This document shows, in pieces, positions 26,836 through 37,120 of a stretch of DNA of 64,000 bases (position 1 is the stretch's first letter; each line of letters begins with the position of its first letter). The translations under genes were made by a program, and so were the position numbers. This stretch comes from an uncultured Actinomycetes bacterium (GTDB lineage: Bacteria; Actinomycetota; UBA4738; HRBIN12). The DNA lies in the NCBI GenBank assembly GCA_963704885.1, contig CAVPIB010000007.1:160001-224000 (forward strand), given 5' to 3'. Under the pieces are notes generated by a model that did not search any database, had not been told where the DNA came from, and saw nothing but the letters and a program-made list of their open reading frames with translations.

Positions 26836-29148
26836 TCAGCTGCTCGGCTCGCTCGCCTCCACCAGCTCGGGTACCATCACCGCATCGCCGTGTCCTTCCA
26901 CGTCGATCTTCGGCAACCACTGCAGCCACTTCGGCAGGTACCAGTTGCGATCCCCGAGCAGCTTCATCGCCGACGGCACGAGGATCGACCGAACGATGGT
27001 CGCATCCAAGAACACCGCCACAGCCAGGCCGAAGCCCATCTGCTCGAGCCCGGCGATCCGTCCCGCGGAGAAGGCGGCGAACACGGCCACCATGATGATG
27101 GCGGCGCCGGTGATGATCCCACCGGTGGTTCGCAGCCCATACGCCACGGCCTCGGCGTTGTCGCCCGTCTTGTCGTACTCCTCACGGATCCGAGTTAGCA
27201 AGAAGACCTGGTAGTCCATCGAGAGCCCGAACAATATCGAGAACAGGAACAGGGGCAGCCACGACTCGATCGCATCTACCTGGATGAACCCGAATCCGTC
27301 CGCGATCGACTTCGCGAAGGCCGGACCGCCCTTCTGGAAGATCATCACGATCAGTCCGTACGCCGCCCCCACCGAAAGCAGGTTCATCACGATCGCTTTC
27401 GCCGGCACCACGATCGATCGGAACACGACCGTGAGCAGCAGGAACGAGAGCAGGAGTACGAGCACGATGATGATGGGCGTGTACTCCTCCGAGATGTCGA
27501 AGAAGTCTTTGACGATCGCGGTGTCGCCGCCGACGAGAACGCCCGCGTCTTGCCCGAACGCCTCCGGCACGTACACGTCGCGCAGCTCCGTGAGCGCCGC
27601 GACCGCGACCTCGCTTGACGCGTCGGCCGCCGCGCCGGCCATCGGGATCCGGACCAGGATCACCGCGCCGTCCTCGCTGGTGAGCGGAGGGTGCGGCTCG
27701 CCGAAGGCTGGGTTCTCGGCGACCGAATCGGTCAGCGCCTGGATGCCCTGCTCCACCGATCCGTCGGGTGCGGGGATGACCACCTCTGCCGTAGCCTGCT
27801 GACCGGCCTCGGGGAACTTCGCGATAAGGATGTTGAAGGCATCCTTCGTCTGGATCCCGTCGGGGATGGTGCTGATGCCGGAGAACCCGGTCTTGATGCC
27901 CCGCCCGTCGTCCTCGGGGTGACCCTGCGCCCAGTACGGTATGGACAGCGCGATCATGAAGGCCGAGGTCAGCACGAGCCACATGACCGGTCGCGCCATA
28001 ACGGCGCGACTCATCTTGTCCCAGAACCCGCCCACACGCCCGTGTTCCAGCGTGCGGCCGCGACCGAACACCCGACCCGGCTTGACTATCTTGTCTCCGA
28101 ACAAGGCCATGATCGCCGGGAGCATCGTCATCGACAGCGCGATCGAAACCAGAACCACGAGGATCGCGCCTCCACCGAGTGCCTTGAAGATCGTGGTCGG
28201 GACGATGAGCATCCCCGCGAGGGCAAGCACGACCGTCACACCGCTGAAGAACACCGCGCGGTTCGCGGTGGCCCCCGATCGACCGATCGCCTCGAGCGTG
28301 TCACGACCTCGCGCTCGCTCCTCTCGGAACCGAGACACGATGAACAACGAGTAGTCGATCCCGACCGCCAAGCCCATCATCGAGATCAGGTTCGTGACGA
28401 AGAAGCTGAAGTTCCAGATCTGGCCGATCAACGCTACGAGTCCCAGGGCAGTCGTGATCGCCAGGATGCCGATAGCGATAGGGGTCATACCCGCGAGCAG
28501 CGAGCCGAACACGACGAGCAGCACGATGATCGCTGCGAAGATGCCGATGGCGTCGCCCTTCTTGAAGTCCTCCTCGGAGATCTTCTTGAAGTCCTCGGTG
28601 GACGTGGGCTCCCCGAGCGCGTACATCTGCGTCGTGTCGCTGGAGTAGTGTTCGCGGATCGTCTCCAGATCCGCGACGTGCGATGCGGTTTGATCCGTGT
28701 CCCCGGAGAGTACGACGGTGAACAAGACGGCGGTGCCGTCCTCGGATGCGATCGGGCCGAGCGCGGCCACCTCAGGGTCGGCTTGCTGATCGTCGGGAAG
28801 CGGGTACATCGAGGGCACGGTCGTGACCACCTCGGAGCCCAGGGCGCGAAGATCGTCCAGAGCCGCGTTGACCGTCGTGGAGAACTCCGGATCCTGTACG
28901 GCGCCGTCGGCGCCCACCAGCACGAAGGTCTCCAGGATCAGGTCCTGTTTGAGGTCGCTCGCTGAAAGGACCTGTGCAGCCCGCTTGGCCTCAGGGTTGT
29001 TCGTGAAATCGAAGTCCGTGGTCAGGACCGGTCCAAGAAGCGTGGCTGCCGCGACGATGCCCGCCACGAGGACCGCGCCCCAGATACCCACGGTGCGCCA
29101 TGGATGCCGGCTGCTCGCTCGTGCCAATGACTCAGGATTGATCTTCAT
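26836..29148 (-). CDS. MmpL/RND family transporter
   Basis: GLAVGIDYSLFIVSRFREE, LFGLSMDYQVFLLTRIREE, DATIVRSILVP. Confidence 0.95.
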   Translation of the reverse strand: MKINPESLARASSRHPWRTVGIWGAVLVAGIVAAATLLGPVLTTDFDFTNNPEAKRAAQVLSASDLKQDLILETFVLVGADGAVQDPEFSTTVNAALDDLRALGSEVVTTVPSMYPLPDDQQADPEVAALGPIASEDGTAVLFTVVLSGDTDQTASHVADLETIREHYSSDTTQMYALGEPTSTEDFKKISEEDFKKGDAIGIFAAIIVLLVVFGSLLAGMTPIAIGILAITTALGLVALIGQIWNFSFFVTNLISMMGLAVGIDYSLFIVSRFREERARGRDTLEAIGRSGATANRAVFFSGVTVVLALAGMLIVPTTIFKALGGGAILVVLVSIALSMTMLPAIMALFGDKIVKPGRVFGRGRTLEHGRVGGFWDKMSRAVMARPVMWLVLTSAFMIALSIPYWAQGHPEDDGRGIKTGFSGISTIPDGIQTKDAFNILIAKFPEAGQQATAEVVIPAPDGSVEQGIQALTDSVAENPAFGEPHPPLTSEDGAVILVRIPMAGAAADASSEVAVAALTELRDVYVPEAFGQDAGVLVGGDTAIVKDFFDISEEYTPIIIVLVLLLSFLLLTVVFRSIVVPAKAIVMNLLSVGAAYGLIVMIFQKGGPAFAKSIADGFGFIQVDAIESWLPLFLFSILFGLSMDYQVFLLTRIREEYDKTGDNAEAVAYGLRTTGGIITGAAIIMVAVFAAFSAGRIAGLEQMGFGLAVAVFLDATIVRSILVPSAMKLLGDRNWYLPKWLQWLPKIDVEGHGDAVMVPELVEASEPSS

Positions 29149-29194
29149 GTGTGCCCCCCTCGGCCCGCCAGTCCGCCTTGGCTGACGGTGTATG

Positions 29195-29237
29195 CTTACA
29201 GTGTACGGAGGGTATGCATACGGCGTAAGTGTGTCAA
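29195..29237. promoter_or_regulatory. Two imperfect palindromic TetR operators overlapping a TTGACA-N17-TACCCT promoter for mmpL
   Basis: CTTACAGTGTACG (29195-29207) and CATACGGCGTAAG (29217-29229); minus-strand TTGACA at 29237-29232. Confidence 0.65.
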
Positions 29238-29265
29238 CCCTTCCGGAGAGGAAGCCTCCAACAAC

Positions 29266-29928
29266 ATGCCTCGAACGCCAGCACCAGCCAAGCAACGTGT
29301 TCCGCTCACCCGCGAGCGGATCGCTGGCGCAGCCCTCCACATCATGGACACCGAAGGCCTGGACGCCGTCTCCATGAGGCACGTCGCCCGCGAGGTCGGA
29401 GTCGAAGCGATGTCGCTTTACAACCACGTACAGGACAAGGACGACCTGCTTGGGTGTGTCCTCGAACAAGTGATGAAGGAGTTCTCGTACCCGCCCGCGA
29501 TCGATGGCGAGGACTGGCTACATCAAGCCCGGGCGCTCGCCCATGCCTGGCGGCATTTGTTGCACGATCACCCGGGCGCGCTCCAACTGTTCGCGGAACA
29601 CAAGACACCCATGGACTCCGTCGGCGGCCTGCGCCCGATGGACGCGGCCCTGACGACGCTTCGCAGCGCCGGCCTGTCTGACTCCGACGCCGTGCAGGCC
29701 TTCCACGCGATGGGTGGGTACATCTTCGGCTTCGTGATGATGGAGTCCGGTCGGCTCTTCGGCGCCGGCGAGGCCGACCCGAGGGTTTTCCCGCAGATCC
29801 CGGCCGGACAATTGCAGAGCGTCTCTGCGTGCCTGCCTTACCTCGCGGAGTGCGACATCGACGAGCAGTTCGAGTTCGGACTCGAGCTGATGCTGGAGGG
29901 ACTTCGCGCCAAGGTCAGCAGCGGCTGA
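29266..29928 (+). CDS. TetR/AcrR family regulator (TetR_C type)
   Basis: LTRERI..AAL...GLDAVSMRHVAREVGVEAMSLYNHV; C-terminal FEFGLELMLEGL. Confidence 0.93.
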   Translation: MPRTPAPAKQRVPLTRERIAGAALHIMDTEGLDAVSMRHVAREVGVEAMSLYNHVQDKDDLLGCVLEQVMKEFSYPPAIDGEDWLHQARALAHAWRHLLHDHPGALQLFAEHKTPMDSVGGLRPMDAALTTLRSAGLSDSDAVQAFHAMGGYIFGFVMMESGRLFGAGEADPRVFPQIPAGQLQSVSACLPYLAECDIDEQFEFGLELMLEGLRAKVSSG

Positions 29929-30391
29929 TCGCGGTCGAGGCGTCGCTGGCGGACTCCGTGCAGGCGTCGAAACGGCATGCTCGTAGCCAGGTCAGGAGCT
30001 TGAGATGGGTGCCCAACGGGGGGGGCGAGCGCTTCCAGCGGTCGAGTGACGCTTGTAGCGCTGGGAGGAAGGCAGGCGGTTCATGTCCAGGCGAGGATCC
30101 GCACACGCTGAGGTGCTCACTGGATGCGCCGGCCGGTCGGCGCGATGCCCGTGGAGAACCATCGACGAGGGTAGAGCTGGCGCGAGATCCCGTAATAGCG
30201 GCACGTCCGGGGACGTGCCGGTCACCTCCTCGGCATGGCGAAGGATCGCCAGCCGCCTGAGCAGCTGCCGTGAGAGCTCTCAACTACAACCGGCCGCACG
30301 GCGGCCTCGGGGGTCAGACCCCGTATGAGAGGCTGAGGCAGAAGACGACGAGCCCGGTGTGAACGAACACCGTCAGTCGCACAGAGATGGG

Positions 30392-30464
30392 TGCCCTCGG
30401 CAGGAATCGGACCTGCGACACCCGGTTTAGGAAACCGGTGCTCTATCCACTGAGCTACGAGGGC
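30392..30464 (-). tRNA. tRNA-Arg(CCT)
   Basis: GCCCTCG acceptor stem, GCTC/GAGC D arm, CCGGT-TTCCTAA-ACCGG anticodon arm, GCAGG-TCCGATT-CCTGC T arm. Confidence 0.93.
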
Positions 30465-30540
30465 GCTGACCTGCGAGCTTACCGTCCGAATCATCCGAGT
30501 TCCTGTTCCGGAACGGACGGCGATCGGACGACGTTCGGCC

Positions 30541-32936
30541 TCACTCGCTCAGCGACCACTCGACGGTCGTGCCCGGCGCGAGTTCGGCGACCTCGTCGCG
30601 GAATCCCACCTCGATCGTCGCTACATCGTTCGGCGGCGTGCTCAGTTTCAGGACGTCGGGAGCGACGTAAACGTGGAGAAGGTGACCCCGGTAGTGGACG
30701 TCGAACTCTAGCGCTCGGATCTCCTCGGGGATCGCTGGGTTGAACCACAAGACGTCTCCCCGTGCCTCCATACCCGTGTACCCGCGTTGGAGCAGGTCGA
30801 CGGTGCCCGCCATCGCGCCCAGGTGGATCCCTTCGGACGTCGTGCCGCCCTGCACGTCAGCGACGTCGCTCTCGAGGGCCTCGGAGAACAGCCCCCAGGA
30901 GAGCTCGCGGTCCGAACGAGCCACGACCCACGCATGGACGACACGGGACAGGGTGGAGCCGTGCGATGTGCGCGAGAGGTAGTAGTCGATGGTCCTCGGG
31001 ATCGCCTCGGGCGGCAGCTCGTAGCCGAGTCGCTCGAGGAGCTCCCGCAGCTCGTCGGCGGACAGCAGGTAGAAGAGCATGAGCACATCGGCCTGCTTCG
31101 AGACCTTGTACCGGTTCGGAGTGTCGCCCTCGGCTTCGAGGATCCGGTCCAGACGCGTGATGTCCCCGTATCGCTCCCGGTACCCGCCCAGTCGAATTCC
31201 TCCAGGAGCTCCTCGTACCCGTCGAACTGACTGATGACGCCGTCGTGGAAGGGGACGAACATCTTCCGGCTGATGTCCTCCCATCGTTCGAGCTCCTCAA
31301 GGGTGAGGCGGAGCGTCGCGGAGAGCGCCTCGCGATCGTGGACCGCCAGTCCGTCGATCAGCTCCAGCGTGCGGCAGAACAGCCAAACGGCCATGACGTT
31401 GGTGTACGCGTTGTTGTTCAAGCCGGGCTCGTCGCGGTCGGGGTACGCATCGTGATACTCGTCAGGCCCCATCACACCGCAGATCTCGTATCGATCGGAC
31501 GCAGGATCGAAGGTGGCGGCGCTCGCGAAGAACCGGGCGATCTCGATCAGCAGCGGAGCCCCACGGTAGCGCAGGAACTCGGCGTCCCCGCTGATCTGGT
31601 GGTACTGCCAGACGTTGTAAGCCACGGCGAGACCGATATGCCGCTGGAGGTAGGAGTGGTCGGGGAGCCACCGTCCCGAATGGGGGTTCAGATGCAGGGA
31701 TTGGCTCTCCTCCCTCCCGCTGCTCCCCGATTGCCAGGGGAAGAGCGCGCCCTCGAAGCCGGCCCTGCGTGCGGCCGACCTCGCCTCCGGGAGCCGTCGG
31801 AACCGGTAGTTCAGCAGGCTCCTCGTGAGGACCGGGAGCCGGAAGCTCAACAGGGGGAAGATGAACAGCTCGTCCCAGAAGATATGCCCGCGGTACGCCT
31901 CGCCATGCAGTCCGCGCGCCGGGACGCTCACGTCCAGCCCGATGATGTTCGGCGAGACGGTCTGCAGCAAGTGGAAGACGTGCAGGCGCAGGATCATCTG
32001 CGCGCGCTCGGATCCTTCGATCTGGATGTCGAAGCGCCTCCACAGCTGATGCCAGGCCAGCTCGTGGGGTGAGCGGAGCTCGTCGAACCCACCCGCGCGC
32101 ACCACCAGCCGGGCGGCGTCGGCGCCCGGCTCGTAGATCGCGTCCGTCCTCGAAGTGACGAGGCACGCCACCTTCTCGACGGTCAGGGCCTCGCCGGCCC
32201 GCATGTCGACCGTCATCTCCTGGGCGATGAAGCCCTCTTCGCCGACCGTCCTCCGCTCGACATCGAGCGGCGCCTCGCCGTGAAACAGCCGCGTGCGCAC
32301 GGCCTCCCCGATCCGGACGTGGGAGTCGCGGGTCTCCACCACCAGCCCGATCACGTCACCGGCGACCACATCGGTCGAGAGCGGGACGAGGTGATCGCCG
32401 CGGAGGTTCCGGTAACGGGCCACGCCGGAGTTCGTGACCGTCCCGTCGAGCGCGGATCTGACAACGAGACGTCCGGACCAGTCTTCGGGGACGACGGTGA
32501 CCTCTATCGCGGCGAGCCGCGGGTCGGCCATGCTCACGAGGCGGCGCTCGGTCACGGCGGTGGTCCGGCCGGCGGCATCCCGGTATCGGAACGAGCGGGT
32601 CAGGACACCTGCGCGAAGATCGAGCTCCTGCCGGTACCTGAGGATCTCGGTACGGGCGAGGTCGAGCCAGTCGCCATCTTCCGGGCGGAACGTCAGGGGG
32701 AGCCAGTTCGGGAGGTTCACGAGGTCCTCGTTCTCGACGACGCGCCCGGCGACCTCGGTCCGAAGGCGGTCGTAGAGGCCGGCGGCGTAGGTGCCCGGGT
32801 AGTGGACGTCGTCGGCGACGGCCTCCGGCGCGGCGCCGCGCGTGGCGAAGACGCCGTTGCCCAGGGTGCAAAGGGCCTCGCGGAGCCCCTCTTCCTCCGG
32901 GACGAAGTCGTCGAAGACGAGCGCCCACGCGCTCAC
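30541..32936 (-). pseudogene. GH65 glycoside phosphorylase/hydrolase (trehalose/maltose type) with a one-base frameshift near 31185; may be a sequencing error
   Basis: REALCTLGNG, ARGLHGEAYRGHIFWDE, VMGPDEYH in one frame; YRERYGDI..KQADVLML, SHGSTLS, GIHLGAMAG in another. Confidence 0.85.
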
Positions 32937-34531
32937 GCGGGATCGCCTTCCGACACCGCGTCGGCTATGAGTTCGAGGAACGCGCGTGCCTCCTCGGTGT
33001 CGCGAAGCGCGAGGCGCGCGACCGTCGGGCGATCGTCGTTCTCTCCACGAACCACGACTCCCAGGCCGTCGATCCGGACCGCCCTGAACGCGTCTTCGTC
33101 GGTCTCATCGTCGCCGACGTAGACGGGCAGGACGTCCGCGCCCGCGAGCCCCATCACCTCGAGGAGCCATCGCAAGGCTTCCCCTTTGTTCCAGTCGATG
33201 CCTGGCCGCAGCTCGAAGATCTTCTTCCCGCCGGTCCTTCGCAGGCGCGGGTGGGCGGTGGCGACCTCCTCCAACCTCGCCTCGACCTCGGTCACCCGTT
33301 CCGGATCAACCTGCCTGAAGTGCACGGCGATCGCGAACGCCTTCCTCTCGACCCGCGCTCCCGTGACGGACCTGAGCCGCGACTCGAGCTCTGCCTCGGC
33401 AGCGTCTAGCTCTGGGATGGACTCCCGTCCCTTCTGATGGGAGGCGCCGTCGGGAAGCACGAGGTCGAACCCGTGGCTCCCCGCGTAGGCGATCCGCTCC
33501 ACGCCGACCATCCGCCGCACGTCCCTGAGATCACGGCCGCTCAGGACCGCCACCGGGACGAGCCCGGCCAGCCGTTGGATCGCGGCTCTCGCCCCCGGCG
33601 ACAGCACCGCGTCCTCGGGCCGCTCCACGATCGGCGTGAGCGTTCCGTCATAGTCGAGGAAGACCGCGGGCGCCCGCCCGGCGAGCATCGCGCGGAGCTC
33701 CGCCACATGGTCGAGCGCCAAGGGGAGGCCGCCGACGCTCGGGAGGGGATCGTCGGGTGGCTGGAGTTGGATCTCGGCGAGGTCGTCAACGACGACGTCG
33801 GCGCCGGCTGCGACGAGCGCGTCCGGGTGTCCGGTGCGATCGACGCCGACGACCAATCCGAACCCACTGCGCCTGCCGGCCGCTACGCCTGCGAGCGCAT
33901 CCTCGAAGATCGCCGCGCGAGACGGGTCCACGCGCAGGCGGCGGGCGGCCTCCTCGAACATGGCGGGGTCGGGCTTCCCCCGCAGACCGAGCTCATCCGC
34001 GACCACACCATCGACCGTGGTATCGAACAGGTCGGCCACGCCGGCGGCGTCAAGCACGGCCGACATGTTCCTGCTCGCCGAGATCGCGGCGATCTTGATC
34101 CCGCGTCTGCGGAGCTCGCGCACGAGCTTGACCGTCGAGGGATAGGGTTTCGCCCCATGCTCCAGGAGGTGTTGCTGGTACTGGGCATTCTTCTGGTTCC
34201 CGAGACCGCACACCGACGGCCGGTCGGGAGGGTCAGTCGGATCGCCCCGCGGCAGCCGGATGTTCCGGGAAGCGAGGAAGCTCTGGACGCCGTCGTAGCG
34301 GGCCTTGCCGTCGACGTAGAGGCGGTAGTCACGGTCGATATCGAACGGGTCGAAAGGCTGGCCGATCCGGTCTGCTCGCTCGCGCAGGAACCCGTCGAAG
34401 ACCTTCTTCCAGACCGCCGCATGCACGGAAGCGGTATCTGTGATCACCCCATCCATGTCGAGGATCACGGCTTCGATGTGGGTCCCTTGCAGATCCAGAC
34501 CCTGGGGCCGCCGGCCCGCCGGGCCGGTCAC
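32933..34531 (-). CDS. otsB: Beta-phosphoglucomutase-like HAD fused to trehalose-6-phosphate phosphatase
   Basis: DMDGVITDT...GKPDP..FED, then FLDYDGTLTPIV, GSHG, ELRP..WNKG, GDDETDEDAF; GTG 34531 preferred. Confidence 0.9.
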   Translation of the reverse strand: MTGPAGRRPQGLDLQGTHIEAVILDMDGVITDTASVHAAVWKKVFDGFLRERADRIGQPFDPFDIDRDYRLYVDGKARYDGVQSFLASRNIRLPRGDPTDPPDRPSVCGLGNQKNAQYQQHLLEHGAKPYPSTVKLVRELRRRGIKIAAISASRNMSAVLDAAGVADLFDTTVDGVVADELGLRGKPDPAMFEEAARRLRVDPSRAAIFEDALAGVAAGRRSGFGLVVGVDRTGHPDALVAAGADVVVDDLAEIQLQPPDDPLPSVGGLPLALDHVAELRAMLAGRAPAVFLDYDGTLTPIVERPEDAVLSPGARAAIQRLAGLVPVAVLSGRDLRDVRRMVGVERIAYAGSHGFDLVLPDGASHQKGRESIPELDAAEAELESRLRSVTGARVERKAFAIAVHFRQVDPERVTEVEARLEEVATAHPRLRRTGGKKIFELRPGIDWNKGEALRWLLEVMGLAGADVLPVYVGDDETDEDAFRAVRIDGLGVVVRGENDDRPTVARLALRDTEEARAFLELIADAVSEGDPA

Positions 34532-34822
34532 TTCACCGCGTGGAGCGTGAGCAGCACGAACCCCTCCTCGAACGTTGCCGGCACGGTCGTCGCTCCGGCG
34601 ATCGCCTCGGACATCGTCACCGACACCACGACCCGACCGCAAGCCATCTTCGGTCGGAGGTCTGGCGCCAGCAACTCGGGCGCTTGATCGGGGGGTGCTC
34701 CGACGCCCCTGCAGGGGAGTAGAACCCCAAGCACCCAGCGTCGAACGTCTCGTGATGGCCCCGGTGGCTGAGGTCCGGTCCTAGCCGTTCAGCTCCCGCC
34801 CTGGGTGAATGCGCCCTATAGG

Positions 34823-35416
34823 ATGTGGTCGTTGTCCGCCTATCTCGCGCTCTTCGCATCCTCGATCGGACCCGTGTCGCTGTTCCTGGCGTTGCTAGCC
34901 GTGCTCGCGCAGGTGAGCGTGCTCGTCGCCGTCGTGTTATGGGTGGCGGCGAGGTTCTCGGACGGTGCGGCCCGAACCAAGGCACGTCTCCTGGGCGCGA
35001 TCGGTCCATCGGCATCGTGGCTCGCCTGGGGGGTGGCACTCGTTTGCACCCTTGGCAGCCTCTACTACTCCGAGGTTGCCCACTTCGTTCCGTGCAAGCT
35101 CTGTTGGTACCAGCGGATCGCTATGTATCCGCTGGTGGTGGTGCTTGGCGTGGCGGCATGGCGCCAGCGAACCGAGATCGCTCGTGCCACCTTGCCTCTC
35201 GTCGCCATCGGCGCGGCGATCTCGACCTACCACTACCTGCTGGAGCGGTTCCCTTCGTTGGAGAGCGCTGCCAGTTGTGACCCCTCCGCGCCATGCACGG
35301 TGGTGTGGGTGTGGCGGTTCCACTACCTGTCGATCCCGGCCATGGCCCTGAGCGGCTTCGCGTTGATCGCCGTCCTCATCCTCATCGCGACCGACCCCGA
35401 CCCCGGAACGGAGTGA
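34823..35416 (+). CDS. dsbB: Disulfide bond formation protein B (BdbC/DsbB family)
   Basis: GSLYYSE...[14 protein letters not shown] and second Cys pair SCDPSAPC. Confidence 0.9.
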   Translation: MWSLSAYLALFASSIGPVSLFLALLAVLAQVSVLVAVVLWVAARFSDGAARTKARLLGAIGPSASWLAWGVALVCTLGSLYYSEVAHFVPCKLCWYQRIAMYPLVVVLGVAAWRQRTEIARATLPLVAIGAAISTYHYLLERFPSLESAASCDPSAPCTVVWVWRFHYLSIPAMALSGFALIAVLILIATDPDPGTE

Positions 35417-36075
35417 CCACGATGCCGTCAGCCAGCAAACGTCGAGCGATGGAGCGGGAGCACCGGCGACGTCAGATGCGCACCGTCGGTATCGCGGTGG
35501 CGGCTGTCGCCGCGGTCGCGATCGCGGCGATCGTGGTGAGCGCGCTCGGGGGTGAGGAGTCAACCGACCCCCGGGTCAGTCAGACAAGGCCCGTCACCGT
35601 AGCGGGCGAGCCGCTCCCGGCCTTCGGCGCGGAGCCAGATCCCGCCGTCGGGATGGCGGCGCCGGGCCTCGAAGGAGAGACGTTCGACGGTTCGCCGATC
35701 TCGATCACGCCAGGCCAGGGGCCGATGGCGATCTGGTTCGTGGCGCACTGGTGTCCGCACTGCCAAGCCGAGGTGCCCCGTATCGTCGCGCTCGCGGAAC
35801 AGGGCAAGCTCCCTGACGGTGTCCAGATCGCCGCGGTGTCCACGGGCGAAGATCCCGCCGGGCCCAACTACCCCCCGTCGGCCTGGCTCGAGGTCGAAGG
35901 GTGGCCCTTCCCCGTGCTGGCCGACGACGAGAACGGCACGGCCGCCACCGCATACGGGTTGGGGGGGTTCCCGTTCCTCGTACTGGTCGATGCCGACGGG
36001 AACGTCACGGCTCGCGCCTCAGGCGAATTGGGGGACGATGGCATCGTCGCCGCCCTGAACAGCCTGGCGGGCTAG
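35413..36075 (+). CDS. Membrane-anchored thioredoxin-fold oxidoreductase (CPHC, DsbA-like motif on a TlpA scaffold)
   Basis: N-terminal TM; WFVAHWCPHCQAEVP; cis-Pro loop GFP; GTGA overlap with dsbB. Confidence 0.88.
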   Translation: MTTMPSASKRRAMEREHRRRQMRTVGIAVAAVAAVAIAAIVVSALGGEESTDPRVSQTRPVTVAGEPLPAFGAEPDPAVGMAAPGLEGETFDGSPISITPGQGPMAIWFVAHWCPHCQAEVPRIVALAEQGKLPDGVQIAAVSTGEDPAGPNYPPSAWLEVEGWPFPVLADDENGTAATAYGLGGFPFLVLVDADGNVTARASGELGDDGIVAALNSLAG

Positions 36076-36125
36076 ACCGGATGACGCAGCCTTCAGGCGT
36101 CGTCGGTGTGTGTGGGGAAGCTTGC

Positions 36126-36151
36126 GGAATAGACCCGGGCTTTCCGGTGTC
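36126..36151 (+). promoter_or_regulatory. ECF-type promoter GGAATA-N16-TGTC
   Basis: Ends 9 nt before GTG 36161; variant of the local GGAATC-N16-CGTC motif. Confidence 0.55.
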
Positions 36152-36160
36152 CACACTGTT

Positions 36161-36733
36161 GTGAAGTCACCGCGGGCCTTCGCTGGCCTATCCTTGCTCG
36201 TCGGAGCCTTGGCCATGCTCGCGGCCGCGTGCTCGTCAGCGGCCGCTCCTATCGCCGATACGCCTTCGGCCACGAGAAGCACGCCGTCTCCTAGCGTAGC
36301 GGCCTCCGTCGCAGGTCCCGCCACGGTCCCCGAGGTGCTGGACTTCGAGGCTCCCGCTCTGGCCGGCGGGACCCTGAAGGGAGCCGACTACTCGGGCAAG
36401 GACCTCGCCATATGGTTCTGGGCGCCGTGGTGAACGACTTGTCAGGGGGAAGCCCCTGAAGTCGCGCGGGTCTCGCGCGCCTACGCAGGTCAGGTCGAGT
36501 TCCTCGGCATGGCGGGACGCGACTCGACCGACGCCATGCAGAGGTTCGTCGACAACTTCTCCCTGACGTTCCCGCAGGCTGTTTCCGAAGACGGCTCCTT
36601 ATGGGCGCGCTTCGGTGTCCCTTACCAGCCTGCCTGGGTCTTCGTGAACGACGACGGCCACGCTCAGGTCGTCTCCGGTGCGATCCCCGAGGACGATCTG
36701 AAGAAGATCCTCGATCAGCTGATCGCGGCTTAG
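36161..36733 (+). CDS. Selenocysteine-containing TlpA/redoxin lipoprotein (UxxC); TGA 36431-36433 read as Sec
   Basis: Lipobox LAAAC; IWFWAPW-TGA-TTCQGEAPEV continues in frame into ORF 36509-36733 (FGVPYQPAWVFVN); hairpin directly 3' of the TGA. Confidence 0.88.
36435..36464 (+). promoter_or_regulatory. Bacterial SECIS-like hairpin
   Basis: CGACT-(TG bulge)-TCAGGGG-[GAAG loop]-CCCCTGA-AGTCG, starting at the second base after the TGA. Confidence 0.8.
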
Positions 36734-36737
36734 CGTC

Positions 36738-37100
36738 CTACTCGGTCGACCCTCGGAACTCCAGGGCATAGGTCCACCGGGCTGGGTCTTCTGCGTGCTC
36801 GAAGCGCAGGAGCCTGCCCTCCTCGCCGCCGGGCAGGACGACGGGCAGTCCGACGTGCTCGTCCGTCGGCCACAACTCCTGCCTGACATCGTCCTCCAGC
36901 ACCAGGAGGGTCATCGGGTGTTCTCCATCTCGTTCGAGAGGTGGGTGCCAATCGTCGTCCTCGAGCCGCCGGACCCGGACGAAGCGGGGTACCGCGTGCA
37001 GGAGCACCGGCTCACCGGGAGACTTCCAGGCCTTACCGAAGAATCGCCAGCGCTCCCCATCCTTGGACGTCTCGATCACCCAACATTCCTCCGCACCCAT
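36738..37100 (-). CDS. Hypothetical protein, last gene of the tlpA-ccdA operon
   Basis: GGAGG RBS; Trp-rich 120 aa ORF directly after ccdA. Confidence 0.6.
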   Translation of the reverse strand: MGAEECWVIETSKDGERWRFFGKAWKSPGEPVLLHAVPRFVRVRRLEDDDWHPPLERDGEHPMTLLVLEDDVRQELWPTDEHVGLPVVLPGGEEGRLLRFEHAEDPARWTYALEFRGSTE

Positions 37101-37120
37101 GGGCCGCGGTCCTCCCTTCA

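Noticed and set aside
29930-30390. ncRNA or small gene between tetR and the tRNA
   Set aside because: Only low-complexity ORFs without RBS and no recognisable RNA structure.
20800-30391. Integrative element anchored at tRNA-Arg
   Set aside because: No integrase or transposase was found, and I saw no duplicate of the tRNA 3' end by eye; the accessory-looking content alone is not enough.
34528-34734. Short ORF overlapping the otsB start (..MSEAIAGATTVPATFEEGFVLLTLHAVK)
   Set aside because: The GTGA overlap is suggestive, but there is no clear start, RBS or family match; it may be a remnant.
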